Source: Clostridia bacterium
GTDB lineage: Bacteria; Bacillota; Clostridia; TANB77; CAG-508
Reading direction: 5' to 3'
DNA: 64,000 nucleotides
Assembly (NCBI GenBank): GCA_017626365.1
Contig: JAGAIV010000036.1
Coordinates: 31,104 to 95,103 of the forward strand
The notes beneath the pieces were generated by a model. That model had not been told where the DNA came from. It saw only the letters and a program-made list of their open reading frames with translations, and did no database searches. Within the stretch, counting starts at the first letter, position 1. Every line of letters starts with the position of its first letter. Of the stretch, positions 51,073-61,750 are shown one piece after another. The translations under genes were made by a program, and so were the position numbers.

Positions 51073-52674
51073 ATGAAAGATATAAGAAATTCAAATGCAT
51101 TAAAAGCAATTTGTTATATACTAGTACCATGTTTAATACTTATTATCATACTTAGTGCTATTTCAATAGGGTATTATGCAAGCGAAATAGATAGAAATGA
51201 ATTTAATCAATATCAAATAGATACAGGAGTAATAACAGAATATGAGGGAGATATTTATAGAGAAAATCTGGTTTATCAATTATCTGCTAATACATACCAA
51301 ATAGCACCAAGCATTTTTATGATATCAAGCATACTATTAATTATTTGTATGATATATATCATAATAAGTATTGGTCATAAAAAAGGAGAAGATGGTATTT
51401 ATTTAGACAGTTTAGATAAAATACCTTATGAATTACTATTAATACTTACATTAATCTTATTTGGAATAGAGATGGCTTTATTAGCAGGACCATGTTATCA
51501 GTTAATATTTGAAGAATATAATAGTTACATTATTAATACTGGAATTTTAGCAGCTATTTTAGATGGAGTTATTATTTATATTACAATTACTACATTAGTA
51601 ATAACAACAATTAGAAGAACGAAAGCACATATTTTTTGGAAGAATACAATTGTTTATAAATTATTTCAATTTATATTTAAAGGTTTATTTATAAATTTTA
51701 GCGAAACTGTAAAATTAGCAGTAGAATATGGTGGATTTATTATAGCATCTGTTATTCTTATATTTATTACAATGCAAAATCCGATTGTTGTTTTTTTCTT
51801 ACTAGGTTTTTGGTATTATATTTTTAAAAAGATATTAAGTCATATCAATCAATTCAATAAAGTAAGAGAAAAAATTGGAAAAATGTATAAAGGAGATATT
51901 AGCGTTCCATTGGACGAAGAGGAATTATATGGAGAACTAAGGCAGATAGCAAGGGAACTAAACGATATTTCGGGAGGACTTTCTAATGCAATAGAGGAGG
52001 CAACAAAAAGCGAACGTTTAAAAACGGAATTAATTACTAATGTTTCTCATGATATAAAAACACCGTTAACTTCTATTATTAACTATGTTGATTTAATGAA
52101 AAAAGAGGAGATAGAGAATCCTAAAGTACAAGAATATTTAGAAGTGTTAGATAACAAGTCACAAAGATTAAAGAAACTAACAGAAGATTTAATTGAAGCA
52201 TCAAAAGCATCTTCTGGAAATATCAAACTAACCATGGAAAAATTAAACGTAAAAGAACTAATAAAACAAGTTAGTGGAGAATTTGAAGATAGATTTCATA
52301 ATAGAGGATTAGAAATAATTGAAAACTATCCAGAAGAAGAAGTAAGCATTACAGCAGACAGTAGATATTTATATAGGGTAATGGAAAATGTATATGGAAA
52401 TATTGCAAAATACGCATTAGAAAATTCAAGAGTATACATTGATGTTATAAAAGAAAACAGAAAAGTACAAATTATTTTAAAAAATATTTCACAAGATAAG
52501 CTAAACATAACAGTAGATGAATTAATGCAGCGTTTTGTAAGAGGAGATGTTTCAAGAACCACAGAAGGGTCTGGACTTGGAATATCCATTGCAAAATCTT
52601 TAACAGAACTACAAAATGGAAAGTTTGATATTTTCTTAGATGGTGATTTATTTAAGGTTGTAATTGAATTTTAA
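51073..52674 (+). CDS. Sensor histidine kinase with a multi-TM N-terminus
   Basis: H-box VSHDIKTPL and ATPase G-boxes. Confidence 0.8.
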   Translation: MKDIRNSNALKAICYILVPCLILIIILSAISIGYYASEIDRNEFNQYQIDTGVITEYEGDIYRENLVYQLSANTYQIAPSIFMISSILLIICMIYIIISIGHKKGEDGIYLDSLDKIPYELLLILTLILFGIEMALLAGPCYQLIFEEYNSYIINTGILAAILDGVIIYITITTLVITTIRRTKAHIFWKNTIVYKLFQFIFKGLFINFSETVKLAVEYGGFIIASVILIFITMQNPIVVFFLLGFWYYIFKKILSHINQFNKVREKIGKMYKGDISVPLDEEELYGELRQIARELNDISGGLSNAIEEATKSERLKTELITNVSHDIKTPLTSIINYVDLMKKEEIENPKVQEYLEVLDNKSQRLKKLTEDLIEASKASSGNIKLTMEKLNVKELIKQVSGEFEDRFHNRGLEIIENYPEEEVSITADSRYLYRVMENVYGNIAKYALENSRVYIDVIKENRKVQIILKNISQDKLNITVDELMQRFVRGDVSRTTEGSGLGISIAKSLTELQNGKFDIFLDGDLFKVVIEF

Positions 52675-52676
52675 CC

Positions 52677-52757
52677 AAAAGATGATTTTAGGGACGGAGG
52701 AATCAACTTCTTAAATGAAGGATGATTTTTTCTTCCGTCTCTAAAATCATCTTTTTT
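52677..52757. repeat. Family-3 palindromic element, long copy F3, acting as a bidirectional terminator
   Basis: gatgattttagggacggagg ... cttccgtctctaaaatcatc + tttttt. An inner stem encloses the loop GATGATTTTTT, which is also present in F1. Confidence 0.65.
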
Positions 52758-53247
52758 AACTAAACATAGCACCAACAGCACCAAATACTCCGAAGGAAGC
52801 AAGTCCCATAATGATACCTGCTAGAATAACACCAGACATAACAGCTATTACACTCTTTTTAAAATCCATATCTAAAAAGCTTGCAGCAAGCGTTCCTGTC
52901 CAAGCACCTGTGCCAGGAAGTGGGATTCCAACAAAAAGGAATAAAGCAACATATAAACCGCGTCCTGCAGTTTCTTGTAATTTCTTACCACCTTTTTCAC
53001 CTTTTTCTAAACAAAAAGTAAAGAATTTTCCGATGAATTTCTTATCTGCACCCCATTCTAATACTTTTCTTGCAAAGAAAAAGATGAATGGAACAGGAAG
53101 CATATTTCCGATAATACAAGTAATATAAAGTGGTAGTAGTGGGAGAGGGTCACCAAAAGCTTGGCTTAATCCAATAGGTACAGCTCCTCTAAGTTCAATA
53201 AGTGGTACCATAGATACTAAAAAAACGATCAAATATTTTTTAAACAT
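52756..53247 (-). CDS. COG2426-like small polytopic membrane protein (putative small multidrug export family)
   Basis: Four TM helices. RBS taggagg precedes the ATG at 53247. The track start 53301 is an upstream in-frame Met inside the leader. Confidence 0.6.
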   Translation of the reverse strand: MFKKYLIVFLVSMVPLIELRGAVPIGLSQAFGDPLPLLPLYITCIIGNMLPVPFIFFFARKVLEWGADKKFIGKFFTFCLEKGEKGGKKLQETAGRGLYVALFLFVGIPLPGTGAWTGTLAASFLDMDFKKSVIAVMSGVILAGIIMGLASFGVFGAVGAMFS

Positions 53248-53265
53248 AAAAATCCTCCTAAAAAT

Positions 53266-53348
53266 AGTTACTGCTATGAGTTCGCCAAATCTTGCTGTCA
53301 ATTGGACTTTTCACGCTTGACTAAAGTACGCTTGAGACATGTGCAATT
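53266..53348 (-). repeat. Family-4 conserved element of about 85 nt, copy 2, in the 5' leader of the COG2426 gene
   Basis: Minus-strand sense is ..ttaattgcacatgtctcaagcgtactttagtcaagcgtgaaaagtccaattgacagcaagatttggcgaactcatagcagtaa.. Confidence 0.6.
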
Positions 53349-53400
53349 AACATGTTTGGCTACTTATTTGCTACATTTTACTATACGAAAATAAAAAAGT

Positions 53401-53979
53401 CTATAATTCTACAAAAGAATTTTTGATATTAAGAAAGATGTCTTGATATTTTTCCATGTTATCTGTTACGACTTCAAAGTTAAGTACATATAAGTTTGTA
53501 TCGGTTTCAATCCATACAACATTGGAATAAAAATCTTTTCCATAAGAAGAATCGGAATGTACAAATTTGTATTCATAGGATTTGTAGTTTCCAATAGTAA
53601 ATGGAATGATGCCAGAGTCATCTTGTATATTTTGTTTTTCTTTTAAATAGTTTTCTTTATCATCTACTACAATTTGGTATAAATCAATTTCGCGAGATTT
53701 TGAAATTTTAGTTGCATAGAAAAACATTTCATCTTGATTAGAATATAAATCAATTGCAAAATCATTATTTTGGCTTTGATTGATTTGGTAACGAATATTA
53801 GATGGAAAGTTAATTTCAAAACTTCCATCACTTGCCGTAATAGTGCTATAAGTTACATTCTTGTTTTGAAAAACAAAGAATATGCAACTAAAGACAAGGA
53901 TAACTAAAATAGCAACAGCAATACCGATACTAATATAAATATATTTCTTTTTTGTATTTTCCATAAACTTACCTCCCAT
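53401..53979 (-). CDS. Hypothetical membrane-anchored extracytoplasmic protein
   Basis: N-terminal TM helix. RBS ggaggtaag. Confidence 0.5.
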   Translation of the reverse strand: MGGKFMENTKKKYIYISIGIAVAILVILVFSCIFFVFQNKNVTYSTITASDGSFEINFPSNIRYQINQSQNNDFAIDLYSNQDEMFFYATKISKSREIDLYQIVVDDKENYLKEKQNIQDDSGIIPFTIGNYKSYEYKFVHSDSSYGKDFYSNVVWIETDTNLYVLNFEVVTDNMEKYQDIFLNIKNSFVEL

Positions 53980-54003
53980 TTTATTTCACTGTGAAATTAA
54001 ACA

Positions 54004-54648
54004 TTAATTTTTTAATGGTACTACTCGTGCTATTTCTTCTTTATCTATTTTACCTTCTCTTATAACAATAACTTTCTCGTTAGCTACTTCGACAATTGTA
54101 GAAGTTGTAACATTATTTACATTTCCACTATCTAATATATAATCTACTTTTTCACCTAATTCATTAATAATGTTTTTAATGTTTGTTCCTGTAGGACTAC
54201 CAGAAAGATTAGCACTAGGAGCAACAATAGGAATGCCTGCTGTTTTAATAAGATTATAAGCAGGTCCATTTTTTAAAAGCCTAACTCTAACATATTCATC
54301 ACCTGCTGATACAATATCTGGTAAAACATTTGCTTTTTTCTTAAATTTTATGGTTAAAGGCCCAGGCCAGAAAACATCAATTAATTTTTGTTCGGCAGGG
54401 CTAACAAAATCCACTATTTCTTTTAACATAGAAATATCCGAAATTAACACGCTTAATGGTTTATACATAGGTCTTCCTTTTATCTCATAAATTCTTTTAC
54501 AAGCATTTTTATCAAAAGCATTAGTTCCAATACCATATACGGTATCGGTTTTAAAAACTACAATTTTTCCCTTTTTTAGTTCCTGTCCAAGTTCTATAAA
54601 GATGCTATCATCATATTCATTTCTTAAATCAATATATTTTGCTTGCAT
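54004..54648 (-). CDS. tsaC: L-threonylcarbamoyladenylate synthase (YrdC/Sua5 domain)
   Basis: YrdC fold motifs (FKTDTVYGIG, KGRP..KPLSV). Confidence 0.8.
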   Translation of the reverse strand: MQAKYIDLRNEYDDSIFIELGQELKKGKIVVFKTDTVYGIGTNAFDKNACKRIYEIKGRPMYKPLSVLISDISMLKEIVDFVSPAEQKLIDVFWPGPLTIKFKKKANVLPDIVSAGDEYVRVRLLKNGPAYNLIKTAGIPIVAPSANLSGSPTGTNIKNIINELGEKVDYILDSGNVNNVTTSTIVEVANEKVIVIREGKIDKEEIARVVPLKN

Positions 54649-54755
54649 ATGAAAACTTCCTTATCAATTTTTTCTAATTATATAACATTTTTTTAATATT
54701 TACAATAAATCTAGATTATGATATAGTAAAAGGGTAAGAAAGAAGAGGAAATAAT

Positions 54756-55262
54756 ATGCTAAATAAAGAATATACATTTGTTGCACTTGATGTAGAAACG
54801 ACAGGATTATCACCATTTGCTAATGAACTCATCGAAGTAAGTGCTATTAAATATAAAGGAAACAAAAAAATAGATACTTTTTCAACACTAATTAGACCAA
54901 AAGTAGAAATACCTTATTATATTACGAAAATTACTGGAATTACGAATGATATGGTAAGGACTGCACCAGAAGTAGAAGAAGTAATGCCAGAATTAATTTC
55001 TTTTGTAGGAGATTTAAATATAGTAGCACATAATGCTAATTTTGATTATAAATTTATACAAAACTATTCAAATCATAGTTTTTCAAAAAATAAGGTAATC
55101 GATACTGTACCAATCGGAAGAAAGCTATATCCAGAACTTCCAAACCACAAACTAGGTACGATTGCCAAACACATTGGCATTACTGAAGATGGATTTCATA
55201 GGGCAGAATTTGACTGCGAATGTTGTGCAAAGATTTATATAGAGTATTTAAAAGTAGTTTAA
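54756..55262 (+). CDS. DnaQ-like 3'-5' exonuclease (DEDDh family)
   Basis: Exo motifs VALDVETTGL, H..AHNANFD and HRAEFD. Confidence 0.75.
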   Translation: MLNKEYTFVALDVETTGLSPFANELIEVSAIKYKGNKKIDTFSTLIRPKVEIPYYITKITGITNDMVRTAPEVEEVMPELISFVGDLNIVAHNANFDYKFIQNYSNHSFSKNKVIDTVPIGRKLYPELPNHKLGTIAKHIGITEDGFHRAEFDCECCAKIYIEYLKVV

Positions 55263-55329
55263 AACACTTTACAAATTATGTAAATCATGATACAATGGAA
55301 AACGAACAAAAACCTAAAGGGGATTTATT

Positions 55330-55551
55330 ATGTATTATCAAGAGTTGCTTTGTGATGTATTGAACGAAATGAGGATTCGGGCTATAACTACACGAATCAG
55401 AGAAGATCATGAATTAAAGGATCTATATGATTATTTGGCTAAGCACGATGTATCATCGTTATATGAAGAACTCGAGGAAAAAACATTACCTAACAATGTC
55501 ATAGAGCAATATGGATTGTTCTGTAATATTGTACAGGAAATTGTTCAATAA
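55330..55551 (+). CDS. Hypothetical small protein (73 aa)
   Basis: ORF only. Contains an in-frame CGG codon at 55378..55380. Confidence 0.35.
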   Translation: MYYQELLCDVLNEMRIRAITTRIREDHELKDLYDYLAKHDVSSLYEELEEKTLPNNVIEQYGLFCNIVQEIVQ

Positions 55552-55558
55552 AAAGTTG

Positions 55559-55595
55559 GCTACCGCTATTATTGCGGTGGCCTTATTTTTATTAT
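55559..55595 (+). terminator. Rho-independent terminator
   Basis: ggctaccgc-tattatt-gcggtggcc followed by ttatttttatt. Confidence 0.7.
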
Positions 55596-55665
55596 TAGTA
55601 AGTGAATCGATTGACTTTTTTAGATAAAATACGATACAATAAAATAAGAGATAGGAGGAATTAAA

Positions 55666-55920
55666 ATGGAGTATCATTATCAAACGAGTGGAACTTGTTC
55701 CCAAGAGATAATCATTGAAGTGGAACAAGATATCATAAAAAAAGTAACAATTGTAGGAGGTTGTGCAGGAAATACAAAAGGAATTAGTAAATTAGTAGAA
55801 GGCATGAAAATTGATGAAGTCATAAAAAGATTAAAAGGAATTCCTTGTGGATTTCGCGGAACATCATGCCCAGACCAATTAGCAAGAGCATTAGAAGAAT
55901 TTAAGAAAACAAGAGAATAA
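55666..55920 (+). CDS. TSCPD-domain protein
   Basis: Conserved ..GGCAGN..G...L and RGTSCPDQLARAL motifs. Confidence 0.6.
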   Translation: MEYHYQTSGTCSQEIIIEVEQDIIKKVTIVGGCAGNTKGISKLVEGMKIDEVIKRLKGIPCGFRGTSCPDQLARALEEFKKTRE

Positions 55921-55935
55921 AGTTAAGGAGGAAAC

Positions 55936-56685
55936 ATGAAAGCATTAGTAACAGGAGCATCTTCTGGAATCGGAAGAGATATGGCCAAACACTTAAGTAG
56001 TTTAGGGTATGACATTATTGCGGTAGCAAGAGATGGAGAGGCTTTAAATAAGCTAAAGGAAGAATTACAAACGAAAACGGAAACGATTAGTATCGATTTA
56101 AAAGAAGAAGGAGCTTGTAAGCATCTATATGAAACTCTGAAAAACAGAAAAATTGATATTGTAATAAATAATGCAGGTTTTGGGGATTTTGGAGAATTTA
56201 TAGAAACCGATTTAGAAAAAGAATTAGATATGATAGATGTTAATATAAAAGCGGTTCATATTCTAACAAAATTATTTTTAAAAGATATGGTAAAAAGAAA
56301 TAGCGGACATATTTTAAATGTTGCATCTATTGCAGGCTTTATGCCAGGACCACTGATGGCAACATATTATTCTACAAAAGCATATATTGTAAGATTAACA
56401 CAAAGTATCAATACAGAATTAAAAAAAGATAAATCAAATGTAAAAATAAGTGTATTATGTCCTGGACCAGTTAATACAAACTTTAACAAAGCAGCAAATG
56501 TCAAATTTAATTTAAAAGGATTATCAAGTGAATATGTTGCAAAATATGCAATAAATAATATGCTAAAAGGAAAACTAATAATAATACCGGGAAGTTTAAT
56601 AAAAATAGCAAGATTTTTAGCAAAAATCTCACCAGAAAAATTAGTTGCAAGAATTTGCATGAAAATGCAAGAAAGAAAAAGGTAA
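55936..56685 (+). CDS. SDR-family oxidoreductase
   Basis: TGASSGIG Rossmann motif, NNAG, and YSTKAYI catalytic tetrad elements. Confidence 0.8.
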   Translation: MKALVTGASSGIGRDMAKHLSSLGYDIIAVARDGEALNKLKEELQTKTETISIDLKEEGACKHLYETLKNRKIDIVINNAGFGDFGEFIETDLEKELDMIDVNIKAVHILTKLFLKDMVKRNSGHILNVASIAGFMPGPLMATYYSTKAYIVRLTQSINTELKKDKSNVKISVLCPGPVNTNFNKAANVKFNLKGLSSEYVAKYAINNMLKGKLIIIPGSLIKIARFLAKISPEKLVARICMKMQERKR

Positions 56686-56702
56686 GAATTTCCTACCTTT
56701 TT

Positions 56703-58922
56703 CTATTCACTTTTTAATACTACTTTTACAACTGTACCCTGTTCTACTGATGTACCTGCTGACGGTTCTTGGCTTACTACTGTTCCGGAACCTTCTGTCT
56801 GGATATTTAAATTTTTTGCTTTTAACGAATTTGCAGCTTGAGCTGCTGTCATTTTACTTAAGTTTGGTACCGTAGTAGAAGTTCTTACATTATTTTCTGC
56901 TGTATATAACATAACAAGTGAGTTGTTTGGGAGTTTCGTGCCTGATGCTGGCACTTGGTCTGTTACTAAAACTTCATTCTTATTTCCATTTAAAGTAAAC
57001 ATAGAGCGAAAACCTGCGGAAGTTAATATTTTTTGAGCCTCGGCTACTGTTTTGTTTTCTATATTTGGAACAGTAATCAAGTTATTAGAAGCTATTTTTC
57101 CTGTATCAATTTTATCAGCTGAAATACCTAAGTAAGGAAGAACTTCCGATAAAATTTTTGATACAACAGGACCTGCAACAGTACCTCCATGATAATTCTT
57201 AACTTGTGGATCATATAATGCTACTAAAATTACAACTTCTGGATTTTCAGCAGGAGATACAGCAGCAAAAGAAGCTACATATCCAAAATCTTTGTCTTCT
57301 ACAGGTGGTTCAGAAGTACCTGTTTTTCCACCAACAGAATATCCCTTTACAGCACCAGAAGAACCAGTTCCATCAGTTACGACAGATTCCATCATATCTA
57401 ACATTTTATTAGCAGTCTCTGTAGAAATTACTTGACGAATTTGTTCAGGCTCGATATTAGTTACAGCATCTGTGTCAGTATTTATAATTTGTTTTACAAT
57501 TCTAGGTTTCATAAGAACTCCATCATTGGCAATAGCAGATATAGAAGTAATTAGCTGCAATGGAGTTACCTTGATTCTCTGCCCAAAAGCCATTGTAGCA
57601 AGCTCGGTTGCACCAACTTTTTCTTCTTTGTGAAAATTACTGTTAATTTCTTCAGGTAGACCAACACCAGTTTTGTTAAATAATCCATAAGCATTATAAT
57701 ATTTATATAAAGTTCTTGTACCAATTCGAGAAGCAAGTTGCATCATACCAGGGTTACAAGAATTTTCTAGCACTTGACGTAAAGTTTGCTTTCCATGAGC
57801 TCCACTCGTCCAACAGCGAATCTTTGTATTTCCAAACATTTCGTAACCAACACAGCTAAAATCATTTGCAACATCAGTATCTGTGATATTTTCTTCCAAT
57901 GCGATAGAAGCATTAATTAATTTAAAAGTAGAGCCGGGTTCATAACGACTAGACACCATAATGTTACGATACATTTCTGTTTTATCACTAGAAGATAAAG
58001 AATCCCACTGATTAATCCAATAACTAGAAGTAGGTGTAAATGGAGTATTTAAATCATAATCAGGGTATTGCGCCATAGCTAAAATATCACCTGTATTAGG
58101 ATTCATAACAATAACATTACCATTACGAGCATTATTTTCTTCTACTGCTTGTTTTAAATATTTTTCTGAAATGGATTGTATATTTGCATCAATTGTTAAA
58201 ACAACATTATTACCATTTTCTGCTTCAATATATTGTCCATTTTCATCCGAAATTGCATCTTTATTTACATCGGTTGAAGTAACTATTTTTCCAGGAGTTC
58301 CAGTTAAGTAAGAATTGTAACTTCTTTCAACACCGTAGATACCTTGGTTTTCACTATCACAAAAACCAATAACATAAGCAGCTAAGTTATTATATGGATA
58401 ATAACGTTTGGTATCTTCATCTATATTGATGCCAGTAAAAATATTATTTTCTTTCATCCATGTTTCTAATTCATCTATTTTATCTTGTTCCACTTTTTTT
58501 GCAATGGTTTGTATTGATGAATTACTAGTTACTTTCTCCAAAGTTTCTTCATAATCTAGTTCAAATATTTCAGAAAAGGCTTTCGCAAGTTTTTCTTTTT
58601 TGGTTTTTGTTTCTTCCTCTGTTTTTCCTTTGATTTTAGTTGGATTAATAGAAACAGTATCTACTTGTGCACTTGTAGCAAGAACTTTTCCAGTAGAATC
58701 TAAAATATTACCTCTTTTTGCACTTACTAATTTATTAACCGTTTGTTGTTTATAAGCTTTTTCTTTTAATTCTGCACCTTGTACAAATTGCAAGAATCCA
58801 ATACGAAGCAATAAAGCAGATAAAACAATAAACATGAATAACATGCACATACGAATTCGTTTAGAAGTTACAGTATTAGCATTTTTTTTCTCTTTTTTCT
58901 TTGAATTTATTTTTTTATCCAT
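56703..58922 (-). CDS. spoVD: Class B penicillin-binding protein with two C-terminal PASTA domains (SpoVD/PBP2B-like)
   Basis: N-terminal TM helix, a transpeptidase domain (STFK, SSN, KTGT), and 2 PASTA repeats. Confidence 0.85.
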   Translation of the reverse strand: MDKKINSKKKEKKNANTVTSKRIRMCMLFMFIVLSALLLRIGFLQFVQGAELKEKAYKQQTVNKLVSAKRGNILDSTGKVLATSAQVDTVSINPTKIKGKTEEETKTKKEKLAKAFSEIFELDYEETLEKVTSNSSIQTIAKKVEQDKIDELETWMKENNIFTGINIDEDTKRYYPYNNLAAYVIGFCDSENQGIYGVERSYNSYLTGTPGKIVTSTDVNKDAISDENGQYIEAENGNNVVLTIDANIQSISEKYLKQAVEENNARNGNVIVMNPNTGDILAMAQYPDYDLNTPFTPTSSYWINQWDSLSSSDKTEMYRNIMVSSRYEPGSTFKLINASIALEENITDTDVANDFSCVGYEMFGNTKIRCWTSGAHGKQTLRQVLENSCNPGMMQLASRIGTRTLYKYYNAYGLFNKTGVGLPEEINSNFHKEEKVGATELATMAFGQRIKVTPLQLITSISAIANDGVLMKPRIVKQIINTDTDAVTNIEPEQIRQVISTETANKMLDMMESVVTDGTGSSGAVKGYSVGGKTGTSEPPVEDKDFGYVASFAAVSPAENPEVVILVALYDPQVKNYHGGTVAGPVVSKILSEVLPYLGISADKIDTGKIASNNLITVPNIENKTVAEAQKILTSAGFRSMFTLNGNKNEVLVTDQVPASGTKLPNNSLVMLYTAENNVRTSTTVPNLSKMTAAQAANSLKAKNLNIQTEGSGTVVSQEPSAGTSVEQGTVVKVVLKSE

Positions 58923-59107
58923 TGTATCACCAAATTTCTTTTTTCTTTCTTTTAGAATATTTTATATGAAGGATAAAGAAAAAGCAATAAAAATAGGAGA
59001 AAAATAGTAAGAAATATGCTGTAAAAACACGAACGATTTTCCTTGACAAATTTATATGGTATTATATAATAAGAAAGAAAAAAGGCGGAAGAAAAAGGAG
59101 GACTATT

Positions 59108-61711
59108 ATGGCAGAAGAAATTACCGAAGAAGAAAAGACAAGAATTAAAGGAATGGTTGATGATTTAGTTGAAAGAGCAAAAGTCGCTTCAAAAGAATAT
59201 ATGAAGCTAGATCAAGAAACCATTAATAACATTATTAAAAAGATGTCTATGGCAGGTTTAGAAAATCATATGAAACTTGCAAAAATGGCAGTAGAAGAAA
59301 CAGGACGAGGAATTTATGAAGATAAAATAACAAAGAATATGTTTGCAACAGAATATATCTATCATAGCATTAAATATGATAAAACAGTTGGCGTTATCAA
59401 TGAAAATGAAGAAGAGGGATATGTAGAAATTGCAGAACCTGTAGGAATTATAGCAGGGGTTACTCCGGTTACGAACCCAACTGCAACAACTATGTTTAAA
59501 TCGATTATTTCAGCAAAAACCAGAAATGTTATTATATTTGGTTTCCACCCATCTGCACAAAAATGTAGTAGTGAAGCAGCAAGAATTTTAAGAGATGCAG
59601 CAGTTGAGGCAGGAGCACCAAAAGATTGTATTTTATGGATTGAAGAACCATCCATTACAGCGACAAACTTTTTAATGAATCATCCAGATGTCGATTTAAT
59701 TCTAGCAACAGGTGGAACCGGAATGGTAAGAGCTGCATATTCATGTGGAAAACCTGCACTTGGAGTTGGACCAGGAAATGTTCCTTGCTATATTGATAAA
59801 ACAGCAAAATTAAAAACTTCAGTGAACGATTTAGTCTTATCAAAATCTTTTGACAATGGAATGATTTGTGCTTCCGAGCAAGCAGCTATTGTTGATAGAG
59901 AAATTCATGATGAATTTGAAAGACTAATGAAAGAAGCTGGATGTTATTTCATTAATCCTGAAGAAAAAGAAAGATTAAAAGAAGCTATGTTTGTAGCAGA
60001 AAAAGGATATACTTTAAATGGAAAGGTTCCAGGACAAAGCCCATACAATATTGCAAAGCTAGCAGGAATTGATGTGCCTGTTGATACTAAAGTATTGGTT
60101 GTTTATGAAGAGGGAGTAGGAGAAGAATACCCATTCTCTAGAGAAAAATTGAGTCCAGTACTTGCTTACTATATTGTAGATGGAAAAGAAGAAGGAATAA
60201 AAAAAGCAGAAGAATTATTAGCATTTGGAGGACTTGGACATTCTGCTGTTATACATTCAGAAGATGAACAAACCATATTAGAATTTTCCGAAAGAGTAAA
60301 AGCTGGTAGAATTATTGTAAATTCTCCATCAACTCATGGAGCAATCGGTGACATCTATAACACCAATATGCCATCACTAACACTAGGTTGTGGAACATTT
60401 GGAGGAAATTCAACAACATCCAATGTATCTAGTGTCAACCTAATTAATGTAAAAAGAGTTGCAAAGAGGAGGGTTAATATGCAATGGTTTAAAGTTCCAA
60501 ATAAAATATATTTTGAAGCAGGTTCTATTCAATATTTAGAGAAAATGCCTGATATTACAAAAGCTTTCATTGTAACAGATGAATCAATGGTAAAATTAGG
60601 ATATGTAGATAAAATCTTATATCATTTAAGAAATAGACAAAGCTATGTTCACTCTGAGATTTTTGCAGAGGTTGAACCAGATCCATCTTTTGAAACCATC
60701 AAAAGAGGAGTAAAAGCAATTGAAGCTTTTCAGCCAGATGTTATTATTGCAATTGGCGGAGGAAGTGCGATTGATGCAGCAAAAGGAATGTGGCTATTTT
60801 ATGAGCATCCAGATGCTGATGTAGAAGGATTAAAACTTAAATTTATGGACATTCGTAAACGTACTTACAAATTCCCTAAATTAGGACAAAAAGCAAAAAT
60901 GGTAGCAATACCAACAACCTCTGGAACTGGTTCTGAAGTAACTTCTTTTGCTGTTATCTCCGATAAAGAACAAAACAAAAAATATCCACTTGCAGATTAC
61001 GAATTAACGCCAGATGTTGCTATTATTGATCCAGACTTAGTTATGACATTACCAAAGAGAATTACAGCAGATACAGGAATGGATGTATTAACTCATGCAC
61101 TAGAAGCATATGTTTCAAATATGGCATCAGATTACACAGATGGTTTAGCAGAAAAAGCAGTGGAATTAGTATTTAACTATTTATTAGAAGCATATGAACA
61201 TGGAGACAACCGTTTAGCACGTGAAAAAATGCACAATGCAAGTTGTATTGCAGGAATGGCATTTACCAATGCGTTCTTAGGAATTAACCATTCACTAGCA
61301 CATAAACTAGGGGCAAAATATCATATTCCACACGGAAGAGCAAATGCCATCTTACTTCCTTATGTTGTAAGATACAATGCGACAAAGCCAACAAAATTTG
61401 TATCTTTCCCAAAATATGAATACTTTATAGCAGATGAAAAATATGCTACATTAGCTAGAAAAAATGGATTACCAGCATATACAAATGAAGAAGCAGTTAA
61501 TTCTTTAATTACAAAAATAAAAGAATTAAACGAAAAATTAGAAATGCCAAAATCATTACAAGAAGCAGGAATCGATGAAAAAGATTTCTTGGCTAGTGTA
61601 GATGAACTAGCAGACCGTGCATTTGAAGATCAATGCACAACAGCAAACCCAAGATTACCATTAGTAACAGAATTAAAACAAATTTTATTAGATGCTTACT
61701 ATGGAAAATAA
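59108..61711 (+). CDS. adhE: Bifunctional acetaldehyde-CoA/alcohol dehydrogenase
   Basis: 867 aa comprising an ALDH domain and an Fe-ADH domain (GGGSxxD, HxxxH). Confidence 0.9.
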   Translation: MAEEITEEEKTRIKGMVDDLVERAKVASKEYMKLDQETINNIIKKMSMAGLENHMKLAKMAVEETGRGIYEDKITKNMFATEYIYHSIKYDKTVGVINENEEEGYVEIAEPVGIIAGVTPVTNPTATTMFKSIISAKTRNVIIFGFHPSAQKCSSEAARILRDAAVEAGAPKDCILWIEEPSITATNFLMNHPDVDLILATGGTGMVRAAYSCGKPALGVGPGNVPCYIDKTAKLKTSVNDLVLSKSFDNGMICASEQAAIVDREIHDEFERLMKEAGCYFINPEEKERLKEAMFVAEKGYTLNGKVPGQSPYNIAKLAGIDVPVDTKVLVVYEEGVGEEYPFSREKLSPVLAYYIVDGKEEGIKKAEELLAFGGLGHSAVIHSEDEQTILEFSERVKAGRIIVNSPSTHGAIGDIYNTNMPSLTLGCGTFGGNSTTSNVSSVNLINVKRVAKRRVNMQWFKVPNKIYFEAGSIQYLEKMPDITKAFIVTDESMVKLGYVDKILYHLRNRQSYVHSEIFAEVEPDPSFETIKRGVKAIEAFQPDVIIAIGGGSAIDAAKGMWLFYEHPDADVEGLKLKFMDIRKRTYKFPKLGQKAKMVAIPTTSGTGSEVTSFAVISDKEQNKKYPLADYELTPDVAIIDPDLVMTLPKRITADTGMDVLTHALEAYVSNMASDYTDGLAEKAVELVFNYLLEAYEHGDNRLAREKMHNASCIAGMAFTNAFLGINHSLAHKLGAKYHIPHGRANAILLPYVVRYNATKPTKFVSFPKYEYFIADEKYATLARKNGLPAYTNEEAVNSLITKIKELNEKLEMPKSLQEAGIDEKDFLASVDELADRAFEDQCTTANPRLPLVTELKQILLDAYYGK

Positions 61712-61750
61712 ATAAAGAAATCGAGGAAATTTTTAATTTCCTCGATTTCT